NCBI GenBank assembly: GCA_016932315.1
Contig: JAFGDD010000008.1
Location: 8,588-72,587, forward strand
DNA length: 64,000 nt
Source of the DNA: Candidatus Woesearchaeota archaeon
GTDB lineage: Archaea > Nanobdellota > Nanobdellia > Woesearchaeales > SM23-78
Reading direction: 5' to 3'
Shown in pieces: positions 29,368 to 39,381 of this stretch (its first letter is position 1; the number at the start of each line of letters is the position of its first letter). The notes under the pieces are model-generated. The model ran no database searches, was not told the DNA's origin, and saw only the letters and a list, made by a program, of their open reading frames with translations. Both the position numbers and the translations under genes were made by a program.

Positions 29368-30084
29368 TCAATTCTTTGCCATCTTCCACAATTCCTGGAA
29401 ATACTGCTGGAATGATTTTGATACTGGTTGGCTCGTAATAAGTGTTGCCATCGGCGTGTCACCCCAGCTAAAAATGGCGGTTTTTTCTCCGTATACTATA
29501 ATTGTAACTGGAAGGGCTAATGAATCGGGCAGGTATTTAAAGCTTGCATAGGCAACTCTCCTCAACTCAATGTTTTTTCTGGCTGACTCTGCCTGCACTA
29601 TCTTAGAATCAATCCTTAGCTCCCTCTTCCTGTTCTGGAAAGCTACAAAATCGTGCTTCATTATCTCAAGAAACTTGCCTGAAGATCCAAAAGCCACGTA
29701 TTTCCTGTAAAGAAGCACATCATTGAGTATTGACTTTATGCCTTTTCTTCCTACAAAAATTTCTGTCCCTTCTTTTGCTTTTGAAGAATTAAAAAGAGCA
29801 TTCAGTTCAGGAAGCACATCAGAAATGGCTTCTTTCCGCTCCTTGAGCTGCTCGTTAAACACGTTAGGGTGTGCGGGCTTGAAGACTTTCCTGTTTGCTG
29901 ATGAGTAATGGCTCACCAACCCTTTCTCCATCAAGCGGTCAAGCGCATCATATGTTGCTGGCCTGTTCATCTGGGCTGCTTTGCTTATTCTTCCTGCCTG
30001 CGCTTCTCCTAATGACAGCAGTGAGAGATATATTCTTGCCTCATTTCGTGATAGGCCAAGGGATTCTAGTTTCTTCAAGTCCAT
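29368..30084 (-). CDS. TrmB-family transcriptional regulator
   Basis: LGLSRNEARIYLSLL HTH; C-terminal PLD-like effector domain ending FQELWK. Confidence 0.88.
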   Translation of the reverse strand: MDLKKLESLGLSRNEARIYLSLLSLGEAQAGRISKAAQMNRPATYDALDRLMEKGLVSHYSSANRKVFKPAHPNVFNEQLKERKEAISDVLPELNALFNSSKAKEGTEIFVGRKGIKSILNDVLLYRKYVAFGSSGKFLEIMKHDFVAFQNRKRELRIDSKIVQAESARKNIELRRVAYASFKYLPDSLALPVTIIVYGEKTAIFSWGDTPMATLITSQPVSKSFQQYFQELWKMAKN

Positions 30085-30106
30085 TGTTGTAAATATCTTT
30101 ACAACA
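30085..30106. promoter_or_regulatory. Palindrome TGTTGTAAA-N4-TTTACAACA, probable TrmB operator
   Basis: Perfect 9-bp inverted repeat directly against the TrmB start codon. Confidence 0.55.
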
Positions 30107-30166
30107 TAAATTAATATATAAGCTTTATGATACTATTATCATGAAGTAACATTATGAGGTGTTAAC

Positions 30167-30664
30167 ATGAACAAAATCAGCAAAATAATCTCTGGTGCCG
30201 TAGCAATCGGCGCATTAATCTGCGGAAGCAGCATGACAGCATACAGGCTGGGCGCAAAACAACAGGTGCAAAAACCAAGCGGCTACTATCAAGTTGATAT
30301 TATCAGGCGCAACGAACAGATAGAAGATGTGAGAATCAGATATCACCAAGAGAATAATCCATTTGATTACGACCACACAAAGCCGGAAACCAATTATGCA
30401 AACCAATCGCTGGATGAATTAGCAAAAAAACTGCAAGAGCATGAGAGAAATAATTATCTGCTCATGAAAGAAGGATATGAAAAAAAAGATTTGCCCAAAA
30501 GTGTGATCGGAACAGCGAATCTGCTAAGTGCAGCCAGCCTATGTGAAGATGGAACAAACCAAACAATCAATAAAGTGATCTATCTAAGGCTTATGCATGA
30601 CAGCAACGTTAAGGTCATGGTAATAAATAAAGACTCAAATAAAAGAGAGCATAGTAACCGCTAG
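30167..30664 (+). CDS. Hypothetical protein with N-terminal signal or membrane anchor
   Basis: GAGGTG RBS; hydrophobic N-terminus. Confidence 0.6.
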   Translation: MNKISKIISGAVAIGALICGSSMTAYRLGAKQQVQKPSGYYQVDIIRRNEQIEDVRIRYHQENNPFDYDHTKPETNYANQSLDELAKKLQEHERNNYLLMKEGYEKKDLPKSVIGTANLLSAASLCEDGTNQTINKVIYLRLMHDSNVKVMVINKDSNKREHSNR

Positions 30665-30713
30665 CCGAATATCTCAAAGAACGCTGCCCTCCTGATGCAA
30701 TAATCCGCGCCAA

Positions 30714-30887
30714 TCATTCATATGCAAGCACTGCATAGAATAATGACACAAAAATGTTTATGCCTGCTGCAAACATACCTGCTCTTAGCAAGAGTAAGCC
30801 TATACTTGAATGGCTACTCATAAAAGCTAAGCCGCCCATGATGGCAAAGAAAGTCGCAACCGGCAATAATATGTCAATTCTAACCAA
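30714..30887 (-). CDS. Small 2-TM membrane protein (57 aa)
   Basis: Manual translation MVRIDILLPVATFFAIMGGLAFMSSHSSIGLLLLRAGMFAAGINIFVSLFYAVLAYE; TTG start, GGAGCTGAT upstream. Confidence 0.5.
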   Translation of the reverse strand: MVRIDILLPVATFFAIMGGLAFMSSHSSIGLLLLRAGMFAAGINIFVSLFYAVLAYE

Positions 30888-31168
30888 GTGTGAAATCAGC
30901 TCCGCAACCCTGAAGGCCGCAATGGACTAGTTTTTCCTCTTGTTTTTTTAACTCGTCGCGCCAAAAGAATAAAAGGCGTTAGTCCCGCAAGGACTTATGT
31001 TTTCTTGGTTAAGCTAGTATATATATTTTGCTATGAAAAATTATTGACGACAAAATAGACGAAAAGAATTGTTGGTGAAAATCCTTGAGATTGAAGCATG
31101 CCTTCTGGCCTAATCATTCCTTTCAGCATGCAAAAAATTTAAAAGAAAGGCTGAAAACTCATTGCTTA

Positions 31169-32152
31169 ATGAAAAGAATCAATCAGCTCATAATCATTGC
31201 TCTTCTTATATTCCTGATAGTGTGGGTTGTTGTGAAGAAGCAGGAACAATCCGTCATTGTGATTAACAATACTGATGGCAAGAATTTTTCATCTGCGTAT
31301 CCTATAATACTTGTGCACGGCTGGATGGGCAAGGCTGTTGATTTTTCTGATTACGCCTTAACCTTGCAGGAGGAAGGGGTGGCAGCTTACAAGGGAGCAA
31401 TTGATAGTGCCAGCGATAACTCGATATGCCCTGAGAAATGGCCTTCATCTATTAGCGTGAGTGCAGAGTATTATACTGAAAAGAACAAGAATCAAGGCAT
31501 TGAGGATTATGCAAAGGAGCTTGAGCCCATTATTGATCTTACCTTGCAGTGCACAGACTCTGACCAGGTTATATTATTGGCGCATAGCATGGGCGGGCTG
31601 GTTTCAAGGCAGTATATTGCAGAAGCAGGAGGAGGCCATGTAAAGAAGCTCATCACCCTTGCAACTCCTCATTACGGATTCAATGACTTCACCAGGTCAG
31701 AGATAATCCTTATGCTTCTTGACATATTCACAGGCAGGACTTTAGAGGTTGAGCAGATGATGCCTGACAGTGATTTCATAAAAAGCCTTGACAAAGAAGA
31801 CATTAGCTACAGGAATAAGATGGTAAGCATAGGCACTTATAATCTTGACAACGAAACATTATTGTTTGACCTTCCGGTTCTCACAGAGGATATGCGTGAG
31901 CAACAGAAGAAACTATTCTCAAACACAGACATCATAGTGCCTTTGGATTCCACCAAGCTTTCAGGGGCAAAATATTATCAGGTCAAGGGATGCACGCACA
32001 CCCAGATAATTAATTTTAAGAGCGCGCCTGGCAAAGGGCCTATTAATGATGCAAAAGCCTGCCCAGAAGCATACCAGCTGGTTAAAGACGAGATTGCTCA
32101 GCTATCCAACAGAATTATAATAACATACTCAGTTAGCCCTGGTGAATCTTAG
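31169..32152 (+). CDS. Membrane-anchored alpha/beta hydrolase (lipase/PGAP1-like)
   Basis: PIILVHGW, AHSMGG, LATPHYG, DIIVP. Confidence 0.85.
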   Translation: MKRINQLIIIALLIFLIVWVVVKKQEQSVIVINNTDGKNFSSAYPIILVHGWMGKAVDFSDYALTLQEEGVAAYKGAIDSASDNSICPEKWPSSISVSAEYYTEKNKNQGIEDYAKELEPIIDLTLQCTDSDQVILLAHSMGGLVSRQYIAEAGGGHVKKLITLATPHYGFNDFTRSEIILMLLDIFTGRTLEVEQMMPDSDFIKSLDKEDISYRNKMVSIGTYNLDNETLLFDLPVLTEDMREQQKKLFSNTDIIVPLDSTKLSGAKYYQVKGCTHTQIINFKSAPGKGPINDAKACPEAYQLVKDEIAQLSNRIIITYSVSPGES

Positions 32153-33322
32153 GTAAAGCCTTTTAACCATTTCTTTGCTCGCAAACCTGGCTAGTTCTTT
32201 CATCTTCTCAAAATCTATCTGACCCCCTTCAAAAGCTTTTTGGAGCTTGTACTTGTCCAAGATGCTGAAATCATCCCATAATCCTTGCAGCTTTAGCAGC
32301 TTTACAAATTCTTGGTAGCACTGATCTTCTTTTACAGGAAACTTTAAGCAGTCTTTTTTCCAAACAGTGACTGCTGCGTCAGAGCCGTACAGCCTATCCA
32401 GCTTTTTTGCTTCTGCAAACCTGAAAATCTTTTCCTTCAGCTCATCAATCTTTTTTGCCAGCCTATCTTCCTCTGCCTTGAGCACTGCATACTCATTCAC
32501 CAGCTTTACTCCGTCGTCAGCAAGAAACTCTTCTGGCTTCTTGTCTTCCAGCTCTACAAGGTGGCTGAATTTTGGGCATAAACTCCTGAAATCGCACCAA
32601 TTGCAAAGAGCGCTCTCATTAGGCTGGAAATCCTTTGTGCTCTCAATCTGCTTTATTGCATTAATAACTTCTTTCTTTAGCTCTCCGAGCTGCTCCTCGC
32701 TCCTCTCACTCCTAACCTCCTTGTCAAAAGCAAGGTAGTGCCATATCAAGATTACTTTTTTGCAGTCAGAGAACATCTCTTTCACAGCAATGGCATAAAG
32801 GGCTAGTTGCCTGTCAGTATCAGCATCATCCTGGGTAGGCAAAGTGTTTGCTGTCTTGTAATCATGAATCTCATAAATCCCGTCTTTTGGCGAGGCCAGC
32901 CTGTCAATAAACCCTTGGAGGACGTATTCTCCTTTCTCATCAAGCTTAATCTCAATTCTCATCTCAAGCCCAATAGTTTTTGCCTGGTCAAAAGGAGCAT
33001 AGCGATTATAATAATCTGTTATGAACTTCTCACCCATCTTCTTGAAATTATTCTTATCATACTCTTCGCGCACAATAAGGATGTTGTCGTTCCAGTTCTT
33101 CTCCCATTCAGAATTATAGAAGTCTAGCAGTTGCTGCAAAGAATTAATCTTCTGGAATTTCAAGTCCTTGTAAAGCTTCTCCAAAGCCTCGTGAACCCTT
33201 GAGCCAAGAAAAGCCTCTGCAGTGCCTTCAACCTCTACCTCTGCCTCATCAATGTACTGATACTTGAATTTTAGCGGGCACTGCTCAAAAGTCGAAATCC
33301 TGCTGTGAGAATAGATAGTCAT
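32129..33322 (-). CDS. PD-(D/E)XK nuclease, RecB/AddB/Cas4-like, with probable Fe-S cysteines
   Basis: YSHSRI...QCP, GFIDR, HDYKT, QLALY, CNWC...C. Confidence 0.88.
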   Translation of the reverse strand: MTIYSHSRISTFEQCPLKFKYQYIDEAEVEVEGTAEAFLGSRVHEALEKLYKDLKFQKINSLQQLLDFYNSEWEKNWNDNILIVREEYDKNNFKKMGEKFITDYYNRYAPFDQAKTIGLEMRIEIKLDEKGEYVLQGFIDRLASPKDGIYEIHDYKTANTLPTQDDADTDRQLALYAIAVKEMFSDCKKVILIWHYLAFDKEVRSERSEEQLGELKKEVINAIKQIESTKDFQPNESALCNWCDFRSLCPKFSHLVELEDKKPEEFLADDGVKLVNEYAVLKAEEDRLAKKIDELKEKIFRFAEAKKLDRLYGSDAAVTVWKKDCLKFPVKEDQCYQEFVKLLKLQGLWDDFSILDKYKLQKAFEGGQIDFEKMKELARFASKEMVKRLYLRFTRAN

Positions 33323-33387
33323 AGGAAAAACAAAAACATAAGTCTTATTTAAAGTTTGTTCTGGATTCATGCATAGCGAAAGTCTGA

Positions 33388-33517
33388 AAAAAAGTCGCCG
33401 CCTGGGCCTTAAGGTGAGCGAAGCGAATAGGAAGCGAAGCTTAACTGCAGGAACAAATTTTCTTCAAATTATTTGAGTCTAAAAATTTGCTGAGCTCACG
33501 GCCAAGGCGACTTTTTT
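33388..33517 (+). repeat. Structured intergenic element, family II, copy 1
   Basis: Arms AAAAAAGTCGCC/GGCGACTTTTTT; GGCC..GTGAGCGAAGC...GCTGAGCTCAC-GGCC-AA. Confidence 0.78.
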
Positions 33518-33555
33518 CAAAACATTTAAATAATTCCTTAACAGAAGTTCTGGCT

Positions 33556-34149
33556 ATGGGAGTTGCGAAATTAAGGCCGGGGGACCCGAGGGATATCCTG
33601 GCTACCAAGTTTGAGATTGAGAATGAGGAAGTGTTCCACCTGAAGAACCTTTACAAGCTTGTTCATGAGTGGCTGGTTGATGAAGGTTTCGAGTCTGCTG
33701 ATGGCGACGCTGACAAGTTCGAAACACTTTATCTTGACAGGATGAAAGAGTCTGGCGAGAAAGAGCATCATATCTGGTGGCGAACAGTCCAGACTCCTAG
33801 AGGCAATAATTATTATAGGTATTTCCTGAAGATTGACTGGCAAACGCTTTACATGAAAAAGATTGAGATTATGCATAAAGGCCAGAAGTTCAGCACTAAC
33901 AAGGGAGACGTAATCCTTAGAGTTGAGGCTTGGCTCCAATTAGACTATGACGATAAGTGGAAGGATAGCAAGTTCTTATCATTCTTTGAAAGGTGGTTTA
34001 GGGAAAGGTTTTATCTTGATAAGATAAAGAGCTACAGGCAAGACCTCTACCTGACTGCATTCAGGCTGCACACAGTAGTCAAGCAGTATCTACAACTCAA
34101 GGCTCCTGTTGACTGGGGCAAGCCGTTCCACCCGGTAAAGGGATTATAA
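33556..34149 (+). CDS. Hypothetical protein
   Basis: Long ORF with upstream TATA-like TTTAAATA; no family recognised. Confidence 0.7.
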   Translation: MGVAKLRPGDPRDILATKFEIENEEVFHLKNLYKLVHEWLVDEGFESADGDADKFETLYLDRMKESGEKEHHIWWRTVQTPRGNNYYRYFLKIDWQTLYMKKIEIMHKGQKFSTNKGDVILRVEAWLQLDYDDKWKDSKFLSFFERWFRERFYLDKIKSYRQDLYLTAFRLHTVVKQYLQLKAPVDWGKPFHPVKGL

Positions 34150-34185
34150 AACCTTTATTCTTCTAATTTTAGAAAGTTGGGATGG

Positions 34186-34905
34186 TTAGAATAATGATTT
34201 AATATAACTTATTTCTTTTTTTACAAACTCCAAATCCTCTATTCGTATATCTTCTTCTATCACTATGGGCACGTTTAATTCCTTTACATTGCTGATTGAC
34301 TTAAGAAAGGTTGGCGAAACGCTCTGTAGAGGGACATGATCCTTTCCTTTGTACATACCGCTAAAATGAATCTGAGTAATGTTATCCCTAAAGTGCCTGA
34401 TAAGCCTTTCTGTTTCGTTTCGAGACCAAGAGTAAGCGTGTGCTACATCCAGGCATAATCCCATCCCTTTGTATTTCTTAAGTATTCTCTCGAGGTTTTT
34501 GATAGTGATATGCCTTTTTTTAGGCAGATTTTCAGTGGAGAAATGCATATCATATTTTGAGAGTATTTTAATATTTGGCAAATCATTAGGATGGATTATC
34601 ACATTCTTTGCGTTAACTTCCCTATAAACGGTCCTTATGTAATCGAGCTGCTTAATCAAATCATTCTCATCTGTTGAATTCCTGACCAGCTTGAAAGGAG
34701 CGTGGATGCTGACATAATCAAGATTACGCAGCCATTGCCTCTGAGCATCAGTCATTTTGAAGCTGAGCAACTCCTCTTTTGTTGACATGGTAAGTTCAAC
34801 TCCTAAAATATCAAGTTTTTGAGCGTATTTTATAAGTCTAGCACGATTTTTAAGCTTGGTCCAAGACCAGATATTCCCTAGTGCAAAGCAAAAAACTCTT
34901 TTCAT
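34186..34905 (-). CDS. Sugar-phosphate isomerase/AP endonuclease 2 TIM-barrel protein
   Basis: SIHAP, IIHP, TEN, CLDVAH, IHFS, DH, VIE. Confidence 0.8.
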   Translation of the reverse strand: MKRVFCFALGNIWSWTKLKNRARLIKYAQKLDILGVELTMSTKEELLSFKMTDAQRQWLRNLDYVSIHAPFKLVRNSTDENDLIKQLDYIRTVYREVNAKNVIIHPNDLPNIKILSKYDMHFSTENLPKKRHITIKNLERILKKYKGMGLCLDVAHAYSWSRNETERLIRHFRDNITQIHFSGMYKGKDHVPLQSVSPTFLKSISNVKELNVPIVIEEDIRIEDLEFVKKEISYIKSLF

Positions 34906-35007
34906 AATGTTGTTTCAACACATCAAAGTTATAAATTTTTCTAAGTTCTTAATCATTAAAATGAATAACAAATTTTATAAATATGCTCTCATGTAAATTC
35001 ATTTAAG

Positions 35008-36003
35008 ATGTTTGACATTATAACCATGGGCAGCAATACAGTGGACATTTTTGTCCACACAGACCAATCTGATGTCATTGACATTCGCTCGCGCTCTGGC
35101 AATCGGGAATTCATTTCTTACCCTGTCGGTACCAAGATGCTCATAACTAAGCACATGGAAAGCTTTGGAGGCAACGGAACTAATGCTGCTGTGACTTGCG
35201 CCAGGCTTGGTCTTAAGACTGCTTATCTGGGGGAAATAGGCAGGGATGATAATGGCAACAAGATTCTTGCCAACCTGAAGAAGGAGAAGGTTAGCTTTAT
35301 TGGGCCGCGAGGAGCAGAATCAGGTTTCTCAATAATACTTGACTCCATAGAAGAGGACAGAACCATTTTAGTTTACAAAGGATGCAATAATGATTTGAGC
35401 TACAAGGAGATTAAGACTGCCTTGCTCAAGACTAAGTGGTTTTATCTCTCTTCAATGCTCGGCGAGAGCCTTAATGCTATGAAGGCGGTTGCTAATTATG
35501 CCAGCCAGCACAACATCAAGATAGCTTTTAATCCTTCTGCTACATTGCTGGAGAAGGAGACTAAAACAGCCATTGACTTGTTAAGGTATAGCGACGTTCT
35601 TGTGTTGAACAAGGAAGAAGCAGAGTCATTAGTAGGCATGAACACTCCTGAGGTTAATATCAAGAAGTTATTGGTTTATGGCCCGCAAATAATTGCAATT
35701 ACTGACGGCAAGAACGGGGCAATTGCTTATCATGACGGCTATTATTACAAAGTACGCCCAAGACCTGAGGTAAAGGTTGTTGAGACTACAGGTGCAGGAG
35801 ACGCATTTGCAGCCACGCTCGTAGCAGGCCTTATCATGAAGAAGCCTTTTGAGCTCTGCCTGAAAATGGCTATTAACAATGCAGAATCAAACATCTCACA
35901 TGCAGGAGCCCAGGAAATCCTTCTCACAAGAAAGAAGATTCTGGAGATCGTGAAGAAAGACCACAGATCTGTGGAGAAGAGAAAGGATGGTCTTGCAGAT
36001 TAA
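35008..36003 (+). CDS. PfkB-family carbohydrate kinase
   Basis: GGNGTNAA, NKEEA, ETTGAGDAF. Confidence 0.92.
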   Translation: MFDIITMGSNTVDIFVHTDQSDVIDIRSRSGNREFISYPVGTKMLITKHMESFGGNGTNAAVTCARLGLKTAYLGEIGRDDNGNKILANLKKEKVSFIGPRGAESGFSIILDSIEEDRTILVYKGCNNDLSYKEIKTALLKTKWFYLSSMLGESLNAMKAVANYASQHNIKIAFNPSATLLEKETKTAIDLLRYSDVLVLNKEEAESLVGMNTPEVNIKKLLVYGPQIIAITDGKNGAIAYHDGYYYKVRPRPEVKVVETTGAGDAFAATLVAGLIMKKPFELCLKMAINNAESNISHAGAQEILLTRKKILEIVKKDHRSVEKRKDGLAD

Positions 36004-36018
36004 TTCTTAGTTAGAGAC

Positions 36019-36095
36019 AAAATCATCGTCTGGGCCAAGGGCGAGCGAAGCGAACGAACAAAAATCTGTGCTGAGCGAGCGGCCAAGATGATTTT
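36019..36095 (+). repeat. Structured intergenic element, family II, copy 2 (minimal)
   Basis: Arms AAAATCATC/GATGATTTT; CTGGGCCAAG.GCGAGCGAAGCGAA...GCTGAGCGAGCGGCCAA. Confidence 0.72.
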
Positions 36096-36172
36096 AGCAC
36101 TGAATTTCTGCGAAGAATTTATATATTAGAAACGCGGTAAATAAGATTATATGACAGGGAAAGAGGGTAGTT

Positions 36173-37549
36173 ATGCTTAGATACGTCATTACTCTTAACA
36201 ATGTGAACCAGGCAGATGTCCAGCACCTCGGCTTCAGGGCAGTAGACTTGGCTAATATTAAGGAGAAAAGGCTTAATATTCCCTTAACATTCGTTGTTAA
36301 CAGCCAGGCTTTTGAGGATTTCTTGGATGAGAATAATATCAGGCAGAAAGTTGAGAGCATAATCAAGGAGGAGAAGCCTGCAGATGCTTATGCCTTGATT
36401 GCAGAGCTTTTCTCAAAGTCAGCATTGCCTAAGGAGCTGGAAGCAGAGCTTTATGATGCTTATGAGTCATTAACCATTGAGCCAGGAGCAGATGCCAGCA
36501 GCATAGTTTCAAAATGGGATTTCCCGTTTGTCACATTGTTCAGGAGCACTAATTACTTGTTAAGCACAGAGGATGATGAAGGTATTGTGCAGAATGTTCG
36601 CGGCAAGGAAAATGTTGGTGCTGCATTGAAGTTTGTCTGGGCTTCGCTTTATTCTCCGCGCTCAGCCATTTACAGGGATAAGTCAGGCATTAAGCCTCCT
36701 TTTAGTACTGGCGTGATAGTGCAGAAGATGAAGAAGATAAGGCAGAGTGCAATTGCTTATTCGCGCTGCGAAGATGATGAGAAAACCATACTTGTAAAAT
36801 GCTTTTTCGGCTTGCCTGATTATGGCTTTGAAAAGGAGGTTATGGGTAAGGATGAGTTCTTTGTTGACATGAACTCACTAATGATAAAGAAAGGCGAAGT
36901 CAATATGCAGGAATACTCTATTGACAGGGACTTTGACACAGAAGAGCTCATAGCAAGGCAGTTAGGAGATAACGGGACCAATCAAAAGGTTAATGAGAAA
37001 TTGGTGTGCGAGATTGCAAGGCTTGCCAAGAGGTCCAAAAGCTTTATTGGAAAAGACATAAAAATATACTTTGGAGTAAAGGATGAGTACATATTCATAT
37101 TCCTAGCCAACAGGATGGTGGGCGGGACTAAGAGAGTGATTGAGGAAGCAGAGAATGTGGAAGTCAAGTTTGACGCCAAGGGAGGAAAAACCATCACCCA
37201 GAGCCAAGAGATTATGGGCGCGCCAAAAGAAACTAAGATAAGCTTTGAGATGCCTAAGATACTAAGCATTGAGGAGGCAAAGCAGGAGTTGCTTAAAGAG
37301 AAAAGAGTTGAAGACTGGAGTGAATCAGAAGTAGAAGTCGAAGCTCCTCCCAGAGTAGAAGTTTACGAGGAGAAAACAGCCCAGGAAGAAGAAGTGGAGA
37401 AAGAAATAAATTTAATGGAAGAAGTCCTCGGAATAAAGGAAATAACCGAGAGGATGGAAGAGCACGCGCTCAACAATAACAAGGAAGCATATGAGAGAGA
37501 AGCCAGAGAATTGAAAAGCAAGATAAGAAGGATAAGGGATGAAGAATAA
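36173..37549 (+). CDS. Degenerate PEP synthase/PPDK N-terminal domain with acidic C-terminal tail
   Basis: FVV...AFEDFL, VWASLYSPRSAIYR, GVIVQKM; no phospho-His or PEP-binding barrel domain. Confidence 0.7.
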   Translation: MLRYVITLNNVNQADVQHLGFRAVDLANIKEKRLNIPLTFVVNSQAFEDFLDENNIRQKVESIIKEEKPADAYALIAELFSKSALPKELEAELYDAYESLTIEPGADASSIVSKWDFPFVTLFRSTNYLLSTEDDEGIVQNVRGKENVGAALKFVWASLYSPRSAIYRDKSGIKPPFSTGVIVQKMKKIRQSAIAYSRCEDDEKTILVKCFFGLPDYGFEKEVMGKDEFFVDMNSLMIKKGEVNMQEYSIDRDFDTEELIARQLGDNGTNQKVNEKLVCEIARLAKRSKSFIGKDIKIYFGVKDEYIFIFLANRMVGGTKRVIEEAENVEVKFDAKGGKTITQSQEIMGAPKETKISFEMPKILSIEEAKQELLKEKRVEDWSESEVEVEAPPRVEVYEEKTAQEEEVEKEINLMEEVLGIKEITERMEEHALNNNKEAYEREARELKSKIRRIRDEE

Positions 37550-37625
37550 TTCTTTCTATTTCTTTCAGGTAATTTTTTGAACTTTTTTCTAAACCTTTAA
37601 AAACAGCAAATTGATTCTAAGCATT

Positions 37626-38567
37626 ATGAAAGATAAGAAAAAGCACTGCCTAAAATGCGAGAAGCCGATTTACTGTTCTAACTTATGTCATCACCACTTT
37701 ATGAATTATTTTGAGAGAAAAATAATCAGGACAATACTCAAGTTTAATCTCTTCTCAAAGAAGGACAGGGTTGCAGTTGCTGTGAGCGGGGGCAAGGATT
37801 CTACAGTCTGCCTTTATGTGCTAAAAAAGCTTGGCTATAATGTTGAGGCAATAACTGTTGATGTATTGATTGGCAATTATACCAAGAAAAATCTTGATAA
37901 TATCAGGAAGGTTTGCAAGAAGTATAATATTAATCTTCACGAGGTATCCTTTAAGGACGATTTTGGTAAATCATTGCCTCAGATCGAGTCAGCAGTTCAT
38001 AAGAAAGGGATTGGTTATTCGTCATGCACAATATGCGGAGTGCTAAGAAGGTATTTGCTTAACAAGTATGCTAAGAAGCTGGGCTTTGACTGCATCTGCA
38101 CAGGGCATAATCTTGATGATGAAGCCCAAGCTTTTGTGATGAACATCTTCAGGAATGACTTGCAATTAGCCAAGAGGCAAGGGCCAATTACTGGAGCAGG
38201 AGCTAACAAGTCATTTGTCAATAGAGTAAAGCCTTTATACCTCTGCACTGAAAAAGAAACAACTGCTTATTCAAGGATGATGAAGTTCCCGGTTAATTAT
38301 GGCGACTGCCCTTGCAGGGAAGGAGCTTATCGCAAGGAATACGCAGACATGCTTGACAAGTTCGAGAAGAAATTCTCCCCTACAAAATACAATATTATAA
38401 GCTTTTTCCTTAGGACTATTTACAATATGAAAGATGAAACAGTTAGAAAAGAGAAAATAAATGATGAAATTGAAGTTAAAGAAATCAATGCCTGCCAGTA
38501 CTGCGGAGAGCCGTGCTCAAAAGAAGTTTGCAAAAGATGCGAGATACTGATTGCATTGAAAAAATAA
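37626..38567 (+). CDS. tRNA 2-thiolation protein (TtuA/NcsA, TIGR00269-like)
   Basis: AVSGGKDS, CTICGVLRR, TGHNLDDEAQ, N- and C-terminal zinc fingers. Confidence 0.88.
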   Translation: MKDKKKHCLKCEKPIYCSNLCHHHFMNYFERKIIRTILKFNLFSKKDRVAVAVSGGKDSTVCLYVLKKLGYNVEAITVDVLIGNYTKKNLDNIRKVCKKYNINLHEVSFKDDFGKSLPQIESAVHKKGIGYSSCTICGVLRRYLLNKYAKKLGFDCICTGHNLDDEAQAFVMNIFRNDLQLAKRQGPITGAGANKSFVNRVKPLYLCTEKETTAYSRMMKFPVNYGDCPCREGAYRKEYADMLDKFEKKFSPTKYNIISFFLRTIYNMKDETVRKEKINDEIEVKEINACQYCGEPCSKEVCKRCEILIALKK

Positions 38568-38594
38568 TTTCTGGCTGTTCTCTTGTTAGTCTCG

Positions 38595-38924
38595 TTAGAA
38601 ATCCATCCTGAATTCTTTTCCGTACACCTTGAATCCGAGTTTCTTGTAAAGCTCGTGCACAGGGCATCTTCCATGCCTGCTCGTGGCTATGAGTTTGTAG
38701 CATCCCTGCTTCCTGGCTTCTTCTATAACCATTTTTACCAAGCCAGTGCCTAATCCCTTGCCCCTAACTTGTTTTTCGACAAAAACATCTTCCATCAGGC
38801 CAAAGGGCTCTTTGTGAAGGCCATTGTTCAAGACGTAAAGATAAGCCCTGGCTACTTCTTTGCCTTTGTCCATTACAAAAAACTTGAATCCTTTACCAAC
38901 AGTTCTCATAGTTTCCATGTTCAT
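38595..38924 (-). CDS. GNAT acetyltransferase
   Basis: EDVFV...RGKGLGT, GCYKL, LYKKLGF. Confidence 0.88.
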   Translation of the reverse strand: MNMETMRTVGKGFKFFVMDKGKEVARAYLYVLNNGLHKEPFGLMEDVFVEKQVRGKGLGTGLVKMVIEEARKQGCYKLIATSRHGRCPVHELYKKLGFKVYGKEFRMDF

Positions 38925-39025
38925 TCAAGGAAGAAATAGTTTATGGGTATAAAAAAATTATGAAAAAAGCTTTCATCTCCCACTATGGAAAATAAATCAC
39001 AATATTTAAAAGAAAGCTGTATTAT

Positions 39026-39370
39026 ATGGATGGTATGCAGAAAAAAAGAGGGCGACCAATCGGTAGTAATATTCGGCAGAACCTGGTTGAGATTCTTTAT
39101 TTTCACAAGAAAGCTTATGGCTATGATCTTTACAAGGATTATTGCGAATTATTTCCGAAAGTAACTTTGCGGGTTATCTATTATCATCTTAAGAAAGGCA
39201 TTTCTCTGGGAGAATTCCTGCTTGAGGGCGTTCGCATGGAGAGGGGCCGCTATTCATGGGGCGGAGAGGCTGAGAAGAAATATTATAAGCTCGGGCCTAA
39301 TGCCAAGCCAAGAGTTGATAAGAAGGTTAAGGCTTATTTTGAGAAGAAAAAAGAGGCTAGGAAAAAATAA
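39026..39370 (+). CDS. Hypothetical winged-helix protein
   Basis: RGRP, YGYDLY, IYYHL, YSWG..AEKKYY. Confidence 0.65.
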   Translation: MDGMQKKRGRPIGSNIRQNLVEILYFHKKAYGYDLYKDYCELFPKVTLRVIYYHLKKGISLGEFLLEGVRMERGRYSWGGEAEKKYYKLGPNAKPRVDKKVKAYFEKKKEARKK

Positions 39371-39381
39371 GGTTTTAAAAA

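Noticed and set aside
32129..33322. Cas4-like nuclease as evidence of CRISPR-Cas
   Set aside because: No cas1/cas2 and no repeat-spacer array in the window; solo PD-(D/E)XK nucleases are common.
38595..38924. GNAT as the acetyltransferase of the KamA cluster
   Set aside because: It is 24 kb away, very short and has no visible linkage.
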